The notes under the pieces were generated by a model. That model searched no databases and was not told where the DNA came from. It was given only the letters and a program-made list of their open reading frames with translations. Positions 1 to 11,392 of a stretch of DNA of 64,000 nt are shown here, one piece after another; the first letter of the stretch is position 1; the number at the start of each line of letters is the position of its first letter. The DNA comes from Camelus ferus. Taxonomy: Eukaryota. Both the position numbers and the translations under genes were made by a program. Location: positions 117,864,001 to 117,928,000 of the forward strand of contig NC_045696.1 in assembly GCF_009834535.1 (NCBI RefSeq). Reading direction: 5' to 3'.

Positions 1-1779
1 ACAGTTTACAGAAGGTTTAGTTCTCCATCATTCATTAGCTACACTAGACCAGGACAATTTGCTATATCCAGGAAAGGTGCTAATTACTTTCCGCCCGTGA
101 GCTTGGTGACATCAGCTCAGAAAGCACAGAGGATGTAGAAATAGATGATGGTAACAGCAGGCTGTGCAAACGACGCTGTTCTGCTTCTTGGGTTTATTAT
201 GTATGACTTTCCACAGGGCGTTTTCTCTCCTTTTTTGGCTTGTTAATTAAGTCTATATTTTATCTATCTCTCTATTTATAAATGTCTTGATTTCAGAAAG
301 TTTACTCAGGCTTTTCCTATAAGTGGGGATAAGGGATTTCAAATATATGAGTAGATATATTTCATATGATTTCTCCCTATATTTTTATTCCCATGCTTTA
401 TGTGTACATATATATATACGTACATACTCAAAAAGCATAGCAATAAATATATGTAAGGCATCTATTTATGTATATACATACACACACAATATTGACCATT
501 TATGTCTACATACATAATCTCACATAGAAAACAGTAATAAGAAACAGGAGCATGTAAATTAGAAGGCAATGAACACCTAATGGACATAGACGTTAAAATT
601 TAAAAAGAAAAACAACTTTATAATTGCACAAGCGACTATCAGGAATTGAAGGATGCCCTTTGAAAAGAATTTTTTTCATCCTGAAAAGGAACAAAGAGGA
701 AAATCAAAACCAGAGAATATGAATAGAAGAAATTAAAAAATGAAAACAAAAACACCGTGGAAGAGCAGTGAGCTCTCTCACGAACTTGAGCTGGACCACT
801 GACCTCATGTGGCCCGGGGGCCGGGGAGGCACTGCAGGGAGCCCGGCAAGCCCGCCCCGTCGGGTCCGGTAATCAGCTTCAGCCAGACACAAGCACACAG
901 GGAGCTTTGGGAGGCCCCTCATCTTTTGCTTGTGACCGGGTTGGTGGTGGGTTTTTCCCCCAACACGATCACAGGAATATTTTCCTCCTGTAACTTCTCC
1001 ATACAAGATTCACTCTCAGATGTGTTTCCAATTTGGTTTGTTTTTTTTTTTTTAAGAATGAATGAAAGCAGCCTAGACAACTGCCCAGCTGCCGGCATGC
1101 TCTGTGCTGAACCCCACGCAGCAGCAGAGGCTGAGAGTCTGCGCTTCATGAAGATGCAAGAAACACAGTTTTGCTATAATTTTCAGTCTCCTTGGCTGTC
1201 TATTTTTCAAACAAAAAGGACAAGGGTGGGCTGTGTTTTGAGAAACAAAGGATGCCAAACACCTTCACATGTCTATCAACATCTCCTGTGATAATGTATA
1301 CCTTCCCTCAGGCTGAAAGGTTGCCCTCCAGCCCCTCCACAGAGCCTCTGCGGGAGGCATTGTTTCGAAGGAAAAAAAAAAAAAGCCAAACTCTGTGTAA
1401 TTCATAAGGAAAAACAAGTTTTAATGGATCTTTTTATTATAATAAATGAATAAATAACCACTTAGTCCCAGCAACCCAATTAAGTACTAAGTCAACAAGT
1501 TCACTTTTCTAAAAGGAACAAAAACGGTACAGTTATGGAAAAGAAAACTCTGTTATACACTGGGAGCACGTATTCAGCAATAGGACGTGAATACAGATCT
1601 TATCGGACTGAGATGACTGAGAAAAGGCAGGCTGTCGGGAGGGAAGAGCAGGAGACAGTGCTACCGAGAAAGCATCTTCAGTGGCTGAAGGCATCTGAAG
1701 TGCAGGGTTCGATGCCAGCTTCGACACTAGCTGTGTATTCCTGTTCAGGTGACTTGTTTTCTCTGATCCTTGAGCTGCC

Positions 1780-2900
1780 TTTTAAATTCAGGATTGTATT
1801 TTAGTTTTTCCTGGACTTTACATATGAGTTGAAACATTAATGTAAGGTCCAACATAAAAGTACCAACTTTTTGTTTTATCCAGTAAGGGCTAGAAAAGAT
1901 AGTCATATTTATAGCCAACATTCCATAGAAGATGGGAAAATCTAAACCGCTCAATAAGCTGTAATACCAAATAAAGAACAGCCTTTTAATTTGAAGAAAT
2001 TAGTTTCAGGGAAATCTCATTACATTACCCTTATTTTCTCATTAAACCACGGACCAGTGGAAATTTTGTCCCGGGCTGGACCCCATCTGTTGTCGGTAAG
2101 CAGGTCCTTGTCTCATCGCAGAAAGAATTCAGAAATGAGACATAGAGATCAAGAAAGTAAAGCAAGGATTTATTAAGGGATGGATAGTATGTTCTCAAGA
2201 AAAGAGCAGGCAGACCCAGGTGCTAGCTGTCCCAGTTTCTTTGGCAAGGTTGTTACATGGGTGTAAAAATGAATGGGCAGAATACTCATTGGCAGGGAGG
2301 GGTGTGGAGTCGTTCTTCATCCCAGCTCCACCATCCCAGGGTTGAGGGTGGTAGGGAGGAGAGATGTTCTGTCCTTATTTAATCTTGATCAGGAAGTCAG
2401 ATAGAGGTCATAATGAGCGAAAGTTTACATTAGGATGATGGAGACTCTTTTCTTGTCCCACCTTTCTTTGTCGGCCTCCAGGACACTTGTCAACCCAGAA
2501 TGTATGGTTTCTTACCAGTCCAGAGGTTCCTGCTTTTCTTGGTCTGCCCAAAGACCCCTGCTGCTCACAAGATGTGTGGTGTCCTGCCATTTGGCCTGAG
2601 CCCCGCCTTCTCTGCTCATACCTAGCTTCCTTCCTGCTCTAACACATCCGTGTCCGGGCATCCGAGCATCACAGATGCCATGCTCCCTTCTAGGGCTGAC
2701 AGCTCTACAAGTCTAAGTCTTGACGTCCTCTCCAAGTTCATGCTTTCAGGTGAAATGTCCAATCAACTGAAGCCCGAAAGCTTTGCTGATGAACAATGAC
2801 AGCTATGTTCAGCTCCCTCAAGACACAAGTCTGGAGGGGGAACCCAATAAAAAAGAGCTTTCTTTCTTGTACAATAAACATTGCTGTAATATGATGTATA
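1780..2900 (-). mobile_element. Ancient CR1/L3 LINE ORF2 relic (RT region), split by an ERV LTR
   Basis: Collinear minus-strand motifs: IAVIV..SKAF (SKAF at 2776-2787, cf. VDVIYLDFSKAFD); GVQPG..GPWFN (2041-2087, cf. GVPQGSVLGP.LFN); LMFQLICKV..KYNP (in ORF 1745-1954, cf. MKFNVDKCKV..NNP). Confidence 0.6.
2088..2644 (-). mobile_element. Solo ERV1-class LTR
   Basis: TG...CA termini; exact 4-bp TSD CATC (2084-2087 / 2645-2648); minus-strand AATAAA at 2169-2174. Confidence 0.85.
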
Positions 2901-3289
2901 AAGTATACATTATAATGTAAAGGCACCACAGGAATTTTTTTATTCAAATGGATCTTATAGGAATCTTTTATTAAAAAGGCAAAATGGTGTTCATCAAGTA
3001 AATCATAACATATTAATATGTCTTCTGTTTACATCCATTTTTCCTATTGAGGTTATTGAGGCCAGGCCTGAATGTGCTGTAAAAGACAACGTGGTAAAGG
3101 CCAGCAAGACACTATGAAGTTATTTACAGTGAGGGTCTAATTATTTTTCCCATGAGCAGATGTCTGTACTATAAATCTCCCCAAAACAGTAAGTATTCCA
3201 AAGTATTGGGAAAAACACAGGAGCTTGCATTTTAATAGCTATGTTAAGATCAAAGCTAATATACCTTGAGTGTGTATTTTGTTTATAAG

Positions 3290-3490
3290 TACCATCTCAT
3301 TTAATCCTCAAAATGCTCCTACGAAGTAGATTCTGTTATTACCGCCATTTCACAGATGACAAGATTGAGGCACAGAGAGGGCAAACAACTAGCTTAAGTC
3401 TAGGCATCTAGGAAGTGGGGGAGCCAGGCTGAAGAGCAGAGAATCTGACTCCAGAGGGACACTGCTTTTATCCATCCTGCTCCAGCTGTG
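3290..3490 (-). mobile_element. MIR SINE
   Basis: CATCTCATTTAATCCTCA...CCATTTCACAGATGACAAGATTGAGGCACAGAGAGG is the reverse MIR core. Confidence 0.8.
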
Positions 3491-3734
3491 AAGGGTTCTC
3501 TGAGACACCACCGGGAAGGGTGGCTCCCTTTGGAGCAGTGGTGGAATTTCCTCCTGGAAATCATTTCCAGGAGGTATCGTCACTGCTAATCACCAGCCCC
3601 TACAGAACAGTGAACTTGGCAATACAGTCCCACTCACCTGCCTTCCCCAGTTTGTTTAACTAGACAAAGGTCAGAAACACAGTAGCAGGTAGAAGGTTAA
3701 AGCTGGAATAGATCTTCGAGGTCAGCAAATCTAA

Positions 3735-3830
3735 GGACATTGGGAAAGCCACCTAACTTCGTCATACTCCAGTTTCCTCCTCTGTAAAAATGGGACTGTT
3801 TGTCTCTACCCTATTCACCTGAGGTCATAA
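3735..3830 (+). mobile_element. MIR fragment
   Basis: CAGTTTCCTCCTCTGTAAAAATGGG core. Confidence 0.65.
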
Positions 3831-3839
3831 GATGAGGTA

Positions 3840-4650
3840 CTGCCAGATCCAAAGGTAGAACCCCAAGTAATTCTGCAGATTTCCTTTATATTAAACTCTT
3901 ACCAAAGCTGCTTGCAATGAGCCAATAAAGTCAGATCTGAGGATAAGCTTTAACTTTTTCTACTCATATATATTAGTATAGAACTACACATTTCTATACT
4001 GATATTTATTGCTATTGTTACTGCTTATCTTAAACATGACACACAAAGCCATAGCACATTCCTGAGCAAAATAAAAAATAAGTTCAGTATGTTTATAAAT
4101 TATAACTTGGATGTTTCAAAATCTGCCATATAGGTTTTGTGCATCACTTAAGAATTACTTGTAGCTGCTAACAACAGAAACTGGATATAACAGTGGCTTC
4201 AACTACAGAGAGGATTATTATTTGCTCATGAAAGCAAAATCCGTAGCTAAAGAATCCATGATCGGTATGGAGGACACCAACATATTGTTAATTTGGTCAA
4301 CAACTGGATAATTCCCAAAAGCAAATTTGGATTTTTCCATCTTCCAAGGCAAAAACTGTTTGGGATTTTTAGATGGCAATTTTTCTAATTTCTAAGAAGT
4401 CAGGAGATCCTGTCTCTGCCTGGCATGCCATTATGAGAACTTCTGCTTTCTGGACACAGTTCTCTCAAATGGTGCATAAGAGAAACAGAGAAAGATTATA
4501 CTATATCCCACAAACAATATAGCCATAGTCCAACCATTTATATACACTCCAACATCATTGCATATACATTTTTTATAATATTTCTGGTTGCCGGTTAACA
4601 GGTTTCTACACGTGGAAATACAGGCTGTAGACGTGTATTGGCGACATGCC
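3840..4650 (+). mobile_element. Ancient CR1/L3 ORF2 C-terminal relic, interrupted by an MLT1 fragment (~4130-4270)
   Basis: Collinear motifs: HKAIAHS (~4042, cf. YKALVRPHLEY); KFGFFHLPRQKLFG (~4323-4365, cf. ELGLFSLEKRRLRG); GHS (~4452); VNRF (~4594). Confidence 0.55.
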
Positions 4651-5054
4651 GTTTGAACTGCTGGAACCACTTTCATTATCACTGGTAAGGGGTGAGAGCT
4701 TTCTCACAAACATCACCGGGTGTGAAAATACTCTACTTTCTTCCACAAAGGTAGGGAGTAAGGGAGGAGAGGGGATGTATAAAATAGCATTGAAATGTTG
4801 TTTCATTTTTTTCCTTTTGAGTCATGATGGGGCAGCCATGAAGTGCAATCCAAGGAGTGTGATGATGGAGGTTGCTGGAGGAACAGCCCCATTTGGGGCG
4901 CCATAAGAAATCCCATAAAATGACCATCATCAATGATGGTCAAAGATCATTGAAATCAGGAAGGTTCATCAAAGGACAACTTGGGTGTCTCAAACACGTG
5001 TATTCTTAAAAGTCTTGCCTGGCTCATTAAGATACCCCAATCCCTTCTCTCAGT

Positions 5055-5081
5055 ACACACACACACACACACACACACACA
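5055..5081. repeat. (CA)n microsatellite
   Basis: Direct reading. Confidence 0.95.
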
Positions 5082-6582
5082 ACATCCACAATATTCTGTA
5101 GGAATTACTGGAGAAAATTTTAAGTTGTTGCTATGCAGATACTTCTAGTAGTTTTAGATTTGCCAAAAAAAAAAAAATCAGTGATACACTAACCAAGTTA
5201 TTTCAAATTATTACAATTTGTCTAGTTTTTGAGATCAACTATGCAGATTAGCTAACCATAGTGGATAAAACGGCCCCAAATTCCCAGCTGCTTTGGCACT
5301 TTGGGAATGAATGTGCACATCTAAATCGACTACAACTATTTCCAACATGGAGGCATGGCTTTCAACAAAATATTTACCTGTCACCATTATGAGATGAATA
5401 TATTTGAGAGAAGCACAGGACTGGTATAATGGTTGGTGATTTGGTGAAGTTATTTAAGAACAATTTTTAGAAGTTGAACTTTAACCAGGAGTTGAAAGAA
5501 ATGGAGAAATGAGATTTGGAACATGTTTGGAAGATTTCAAAACATAAATTTGAGATTGCTGGGAAGGAAGAGAGGGAAAAAATGCGTGTAGGAGGGCCAA
5601 ATCTAGCAGAAGTGGGTGACAAGAAGGTAAAGAAATGGCATAAGATCCCTTCAAACAGGAAAATCCAGTTCAAGTAGCTGGAGGCCTTCAACACCATCAG
5701 AGGAAGACTGATTTGATTACAGCAATGAAGAGCCACTGGAGGGTTACGTCCCTGAATACCTTGAGCCCAGTGTCAGGCAAGAGAAATTAATTTGACAGCT
5801 TGAGGGGCTGGACACGTCTCTACTCAGAATTTAGCTGCAGATTAATTTTTAGAATAATTTGGAGTGGATAGAGATAGGGTGTTGGAGTTGAGGAAGAAGA
5901 ATGTTCTGGAAATCCAAGAGGTAAACTGGAAGCTGGGCACAGTAGAGACGTAGGGAAGAACTGGAAAACTCAAGATGAGTCCGAGAAGGGCACAGGGAAT
6001 CCGACAGCAGTTCACAGCATGGGTCCACTGGGGGCCGTGCTCATTTCCAGCAGTGGCGCCAATATGGCCGTGGCCTTCCTTAAACATGGCAATTGACCTT
6101 CTTCTCCCCTTCCTAAGTATATTGGGGGCTCTCTCATGTCTGCATGTCTCCAAACGCTTCTTGAGCCTATTTGTATCTTCAGCAGGCATGGTTCCTCTGT
6201 GGGTGTAGTTGCCTTTTGCAGGTGACAAATAGAAAGGAGATGGAGAGCGCTCTGAAGTTTGGGTCACTTGATAGTAAAGATAGTGCAGGAAGAAAAAGCA
6301 GGAGGGGCGAATTCCAGTCACTGAAGAATAAGAAAGAGAACCCGGGGCTGCACAGCCACAGAATGCATGTCACTGACCATTACGGCGTTCTGATGGAAGG
6401 TGCTGGATGCGTCCCCACTTGGAATGCAGCGAGAGCAGCCCTACAAGATGGATCGCATTAATATGAGAAGAATATTATTGAAATCAAGAAGGTACAGCAG
6501 AGGGCAACCAGAATGATACAAGGACTCAAGGACCTTAATTATTTACAAAGGTTAGAAACATAGTTGTTGCACTTTCCTCTGT

Positions 6583-6587
6583 AAAAA

Positions 6588-6625
<38 letters not shown>

Positions 6626-6653
6626 GAAAAAGAAAAAGAAAGAAAAAAGAAAA
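6583..6653. repeat. Poly-A / (GAAAA)n tract
   Basis: Direct reading. Confidence 0.95.
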
Positions 6654-7299
6654 TGTAAAGGGAATTCACTGAGAATGTCCTCCATTCCAAGGTAGCAGGA
6701 TAGAGAGAGATTTGCAAGGACTAAACGCCAAACAGAAAGAAAAAAAGAAGGGGCTGGTACTTAAGCCCAGAGAGAACATGGTATTAAATGAGTTTTAGCG
6801 GGATTCCTTTACAAAGACAGGGGTAAATTTACAGTGCAAACTACCAGGCAGGTTCAGATTGCTAATATATGTGTACTGTACATATGCATATGTGTATTTA
6901 TACAAATACTATATATTTTAAGGAGATAAGCATTACAAAGGAAAGTAATTATGGGGTGGCACAATTGCAGATTCAACGAGACTTACAGAGATTTCCTGTT
7001 CTAAAATTTCCTGTGTTCCATAGCCCTTCCATGTAATTTTCAATGTTTTGAGTGCCCATTGGCAACACGGACTAAACACTAAAACAATCTAGAATAAGAT
7101 TCAAGTGAAACTTACAGGAAAGTAAATCCGATCTTGAGCTGTCAAAACACCACTTACAGTACAGTATCTTTTAAGGAACCTCTGAAGAATACCTTCTGAG
7201 AAGGAAACCAAAGAGGCCTTGAAAATTCCTGTTACCCTGGCCACCAGGTCCCAAACCCACACCAAACTCACAATGGGCTCTGAGGTTTTCAATCTATGT

Positions 7300-7740
7300 C
7301 GCATATTGTTACATAAACAAGTGTGTATTAAATGCTTACCATATACTCAGCAACCTGTTTTGAAACATGAAATAAAATAGAAATGTAAGACTTGCTCTTT
7401 GTTTCCGAGAAGTTAATATGAAGCTTTTCTTGTTCGCAGCTGAATCCCCAGGACAGAGCGCTGAGTCTGGTGTTTAATAGGTGCTCAATAAATTGGCCAG
7501 GGGGGAGGCAGTTATAAGGGACAATGTTAGCTACTTTTTCTGGAGAACCTACTAAGGGTTAGGCATTTTGGATAGATTTAATCTTCAGGAACACCCTGTG
7601 AAGTAGGTACTTTAATCCCTACTACATGAAGTCACAAAGGTTCTCAGTCCATCAGGTAAGGGCACACGTAGTCTGTAAAACAGCAGAGACAGGGCACAAG
7701 CTCGGATCTATGCACTTCCCTCTGAGCCATGATGCGTCCT
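7300..7740. mobile_element. L2 3'-end fragments and a MIR (minus)
   Basis: AATAGGTGCTCAATAAAT L2 tail (~7476-7493); MIR-like TTTAATCTTCAG..CCCTGTGAAGTAGGTAC. Confidence 0.55.
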
Positions 7741-8261
7741 GCAGTCTAGTTGTGAAAACAAGGTAAATGTATGTGAAACAACAGTAAGTGATGCAAAATG
7801 CAAAACTCTTAAAAGCTAGGGGATGTGGCCCAGGCTCCACGTGTTAGAGAGAATCTGAGAAGACGAAGCCTGGTGCGGTCAGGAACATCTTAGAAATGGG
7901 ACCACAGAATGGAACTGGAACAATGAGGGCATCAGAAGGAAAGGCCACCCCAAACCGCTGGGGGAAAAGGTTAATGGTTGCAAAACTGGCTGGGAAAGTT
8001 CAAATTAGAGTTGAAAAGAGCCACTGGTATAGGAAACTGGTATGTGTATTTCCCTCACAATAATCCCCTTGTGATGGGAAGGGGGAAATGTTTAAAAACT
8101 TCGACTCTGGCCTCTTGACTTTTGGAGGGAAAGTTGGTGTAACAATGAAGAGAAGACAGTTTTACACTGCTCCTTTCCACTTCTGCCTCTGACGTCAGTT
8201 GGCCCAGGCCAAGGAGGAGGGGTAATTTCAAAACACATGGTAGTGTTCTGGGCTGCTGAAA

Positions 8262-8586
8262 CCATGCTGTCCCAGACAGTAGGCACTGGTCATATATGGC
8301 TGTGGGGTATGTGAAATGTGGGTTGGACCAAATTGAGATGTGCTGTAAGTGTAAAATGCACACATTTTTGAAGTCTTGGTATGGAAAAAAAAAAAAAGAG
8401 TGTCAAATTTTCCATGATTTTTCTACTGGTCCCATTTTGATAATATTTTGGATGTACTGGGGCTGAGGATAATGTGTTATTATCATCAATTTCACCTGTT
8501 TCTTTTTAATACCTTCTTAATGTGGCTGCTGGAAAATTTAAAATCACATAGGAGTAGGAGGCTCACATTATAACATTTCTATTGGT
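8262..8586. mobile_element. MER33-like hAT-Charlie DNA transposon
   Basis: AATTGAGATGTGCTGTAAGTGTAAAAT...AATGTGGCTGCTGGAAAATTTAAAATCACATA matches the MER33 consensus. Confidence 0.8.
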
Positions 8587-9307
8587 CCTGGATTAGCTTG
8601 CTGAGGCTGTCATCCCAGGTGTAACAGGCGGGCTGGGCTGGCGTAGCAGCAGACATTTATTTTCTCACAGTAGTGGAGGCTGGGAGTTCAAGGTCAAGGC
8701 ATCAGGACTGGTTTCTTCTGAGGCCTCTCTCCTTCATAGGTAGATGGCTGGCTCTTCTCCATATCTGCACACGGCTACTTCTCTGTGTGTGTCTGTGTTC
8801 CACTGTCGTCTTCTTATAAGGACACCAGCATATGGATTAAGCCCCACCCTCATGACCTCATTTGACCTTAGTTACCTCTGTAAAGATTCTACCTCCAGCA
8901 ACAGTTACCCCTAGGTACCTGCAGGATCTCTGCAGATACCAAAGTCTATGGATGTTCAAATCTCTTCTATAAAATGATGTAGTATTTGCATATAACCTAC
9001 ATACATCTTCCCGTATACATGAAATCATCTCTAGATTACCTACAATACCTACTACAACGTAAATTCTGTGTAAATCATTGTAAATATGATGTAAATGCCC
9101 CATAAAGAGTTGTCAGCATGGCAAATTCAAGTTTTGCTTTCGAGAACTTTCTGGAATTTTTTTTCCCAAATATTTTTGATCCACGGTTGGCTGAATCCAC
9201 AGATGCAGAACTGGCAGAAATAAAGGGCACAGTCACACTCGGAGGTGCTGGGGATTCAGGACTTTAACATAGGAATTTTCCTGGGAGACGCAAGTCAGCT
9301 GGTAACA
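8586..9307 (-). mobile_element. MLT1B/C-type MaLR LTR, split by MER2
   Basis: ATTTATTTTCTCACAGT..GGAGGCTGGGAGTTCAAGGTCAAGG...TTCTTATAAGGACACCAG; resumes at ~9230 (AGTCACACTCGGAGGTGCTGGG). Confidence 0.85.
8900..9230. mobile_element. MER2/MER2B TcMar-Tigger DNA transposon
   Basis: GTAGTATTTGCATATAACCTAC...AAATCATCTCTAGATTAC...GATCCACGGTTGGCTGAATCCACAGATGCAGAAC. Confidence 0.85.
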
Positions 9308-11229
9308 GGTCAACCCTGGCTAAAGGAAGGAAGGCAGGAGAAGATGTTCTTTGACTGAATGTGGCACGTGCAGAAGTGTTTTTAACATGCTTCCATGTGA
9401 GTCCGAAGCAAGTCAAGAGGGAGCAGCATTCTTTAGTAGGCTGAACAAAATGGGGAGCACGACAGAGAGAGAGAGATGGACTAACAGTGAGTGCAGGCGC
9501 AGAGGAGGGGAAGGCGACATGGCCAATAACGTCAGTCACTGGACATAGATTTTTTTTTTAAAGGATGTTGCCAGTGGTAAAATCTGTGTGGCAAGAATTC
9601 CAAGGAAATTCTAAGAACAGGAATGGCATCTCATGTTTGCTTTAAAGCATCTGCTTTGGCAGGACTGCTGTAAGGAAGCCTTTTCATGACCAGCAGGACT
9701 GCAGCCACTGTTGCGGCGGCCAGGACCACCAAACGCACAACTGCTCTGCGTAAGCAGTTGTCTTGAAAAAACCAAAGCAGAAGGGATGTTGTTGTGACAG
9801 AGTTAAAAGATCAACCACAGAAAGGAAAATGCGAAGGAAATCAAGGGTCCAGGGAGTAAGAGGAACGGGAGACACTGGCGACTGGGAGAAAGATGAGTCC
9901 AGTGAGTCAACCCAGACATGCTGGGCTGAAGCTGGTTGGCGGGGTGGGGAGGGGGAGCTCGTGGTCTCCCCTATCATTTGTGCAATGGGGGCTCAACCCT
10001 CTGATTTTTACTATTAAAGGAAGAGTCGGGCCACAGGGCTGGGGTCTTTCGGGATGCCCTGGTGCTGGGACTTTTTACTCCTACCTGAATAAAATCTGCC
10101 ATAGGTTTGTAGACAGTTTACTCCAATACCTTATTTATACACTTCGTGTCATTTGATTTTCAAAACCGACGCAGGAAGCAGAGAACGACACTGCACCGCT
10201 TACCAGTCCCATTTTGTGGGTGAGAAAACGGAGGCTCAGAGGGCTTGCAAGATTTTGCAAGTAAAACACTAGACGTATTCAGTGCTATTTCAGCCTCCCC
10301 ACAGCCCCTCCTGTCTTCACCCCAAACAATGACAACCCTCCCCCCACACACCCCTTTACGTGTGTGGACTGGATTGCTGATGCTCAGTTTTATGTTAGAC
10401 TCGCTCACCACCCAGTTTCCCCTTGTAAATAAATTACTATATTATTCAATTCTAAACACTTCCGGTGGAGTCACAAAACGCATGCCAGGAAACTGTCCAG
10501 GAAATTCACGTCAAATTGAAAAACAGGTATTAAAAATACCAGTTACATGTGTCTTACAGGTGTTTTAGCAGAGCTATGGCCTCAGCTGGGTGAACCATCT
10601 TAGCCCCTCAGATCCATTGTCTTTTTTTCATGGGGATTTTGCTCAGGGTAAAGATTTGACGGGGGAAGGTTGTTTTAAAGTATGTCAGGATGTAGAGAGG
10701 GTGTCTTAAACTTTTTCTTCCTCTATCAGTATGAAAATGAAAACATATAAAATTGGAGGAAGGGAGCTTTTCATTCAGTGAGAGACAAAAAGAAATTTAG
10801 CAAATATAGCTCTTGATTTTGTATTTATCAACATCACTTTCTTCCCATTATGACTTATCCATAAATCCCTCTCTGATCCGAAGAATGGTGCTACAAACTG
10901 CGTGTGGAGGTGATGTAGGACACTAATTTATCTTTATGTCTTTTTATGGTCATTTGATTTTCTTTATTTTTTAAAATTTTTAACTTACACATGATCACAA
11001 GACTGGTGTGCTGGCACTATTTTCAGAACAGTCATAACCAAGAAAACACATAAACACATCTTTTCTCATTGGCTAGTTAGCCAAATGTTCAGTGATTTGG
11101 TTGAAGAGACAAGTTTAAGAAAACTTCTGGGGAAAAAAGAGTCACGTGTTTCCTCCTAGACCAAAGGCAGTCTCCACAGGGCTCCAGGAGAAAGGCATGG
11201 GGCACTAGGGACAATTTCCCAAGACATCT

Positions 11230-11392
11230 CTCTCTAGTTCTTGCGACTCAAACTGGGATGACTGGCCAACCACATCAGCACCACACGGGAGCTTGTTCCT
11301 GAATCCCACATGAGACCTACAGATTCCAAACTGGCGCTGTGAAACATCCCCAGCTGGTCCCTGCCCACTTAAAAGTTTGAGAAGCACTGCTC
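11230..11392. mobile_element. MER5A-like hAT DNA transposon
   Basis: CATCAGCACCACACGGGAGCTTGTT...AAAGTTTGAGAAGCACTGCTCT terminus. Confidence 0.75.

Larger units (their letters stand above)
4930..7000 (+). mobile_element. Long (~2 kb) CR1/L3 ORF2 relic
   Basis: Ordered motifs: KSPGPDG-like (~5010), NY..SLT-like (~5237), HGF (~5354), KLE.WA (~5924), GTGNP (~5990), RPHLEC (6410-6427), KKVQQRATRMIQGLKDLNYLQRLET (6486-6560, cf. LEKVQRRATKMIKGLEHLSYEERL), FTKTGVNL (~6808). Confidence 0.8.

Noticed and set aside
809..1291. 160-aa ORF as a protein-coding gene
   Set aside because: No recognisable domain, runs through a poly-T tract, and has no supporting exon structure; length is compatible with chance.
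4602..4684. Possible 83-bp exon (AACAG|...|GTAAGG)
   Set aside because: Weak polypyrimidine tract, no recognisable peptide, and overlap with the decayed CR1 C-terminus.
5842..6461. Overlapping ORFs of 64-159 aa
   Set aside because: They lie within the CR1 relic; CR1 motifs switch frames and contain stops.
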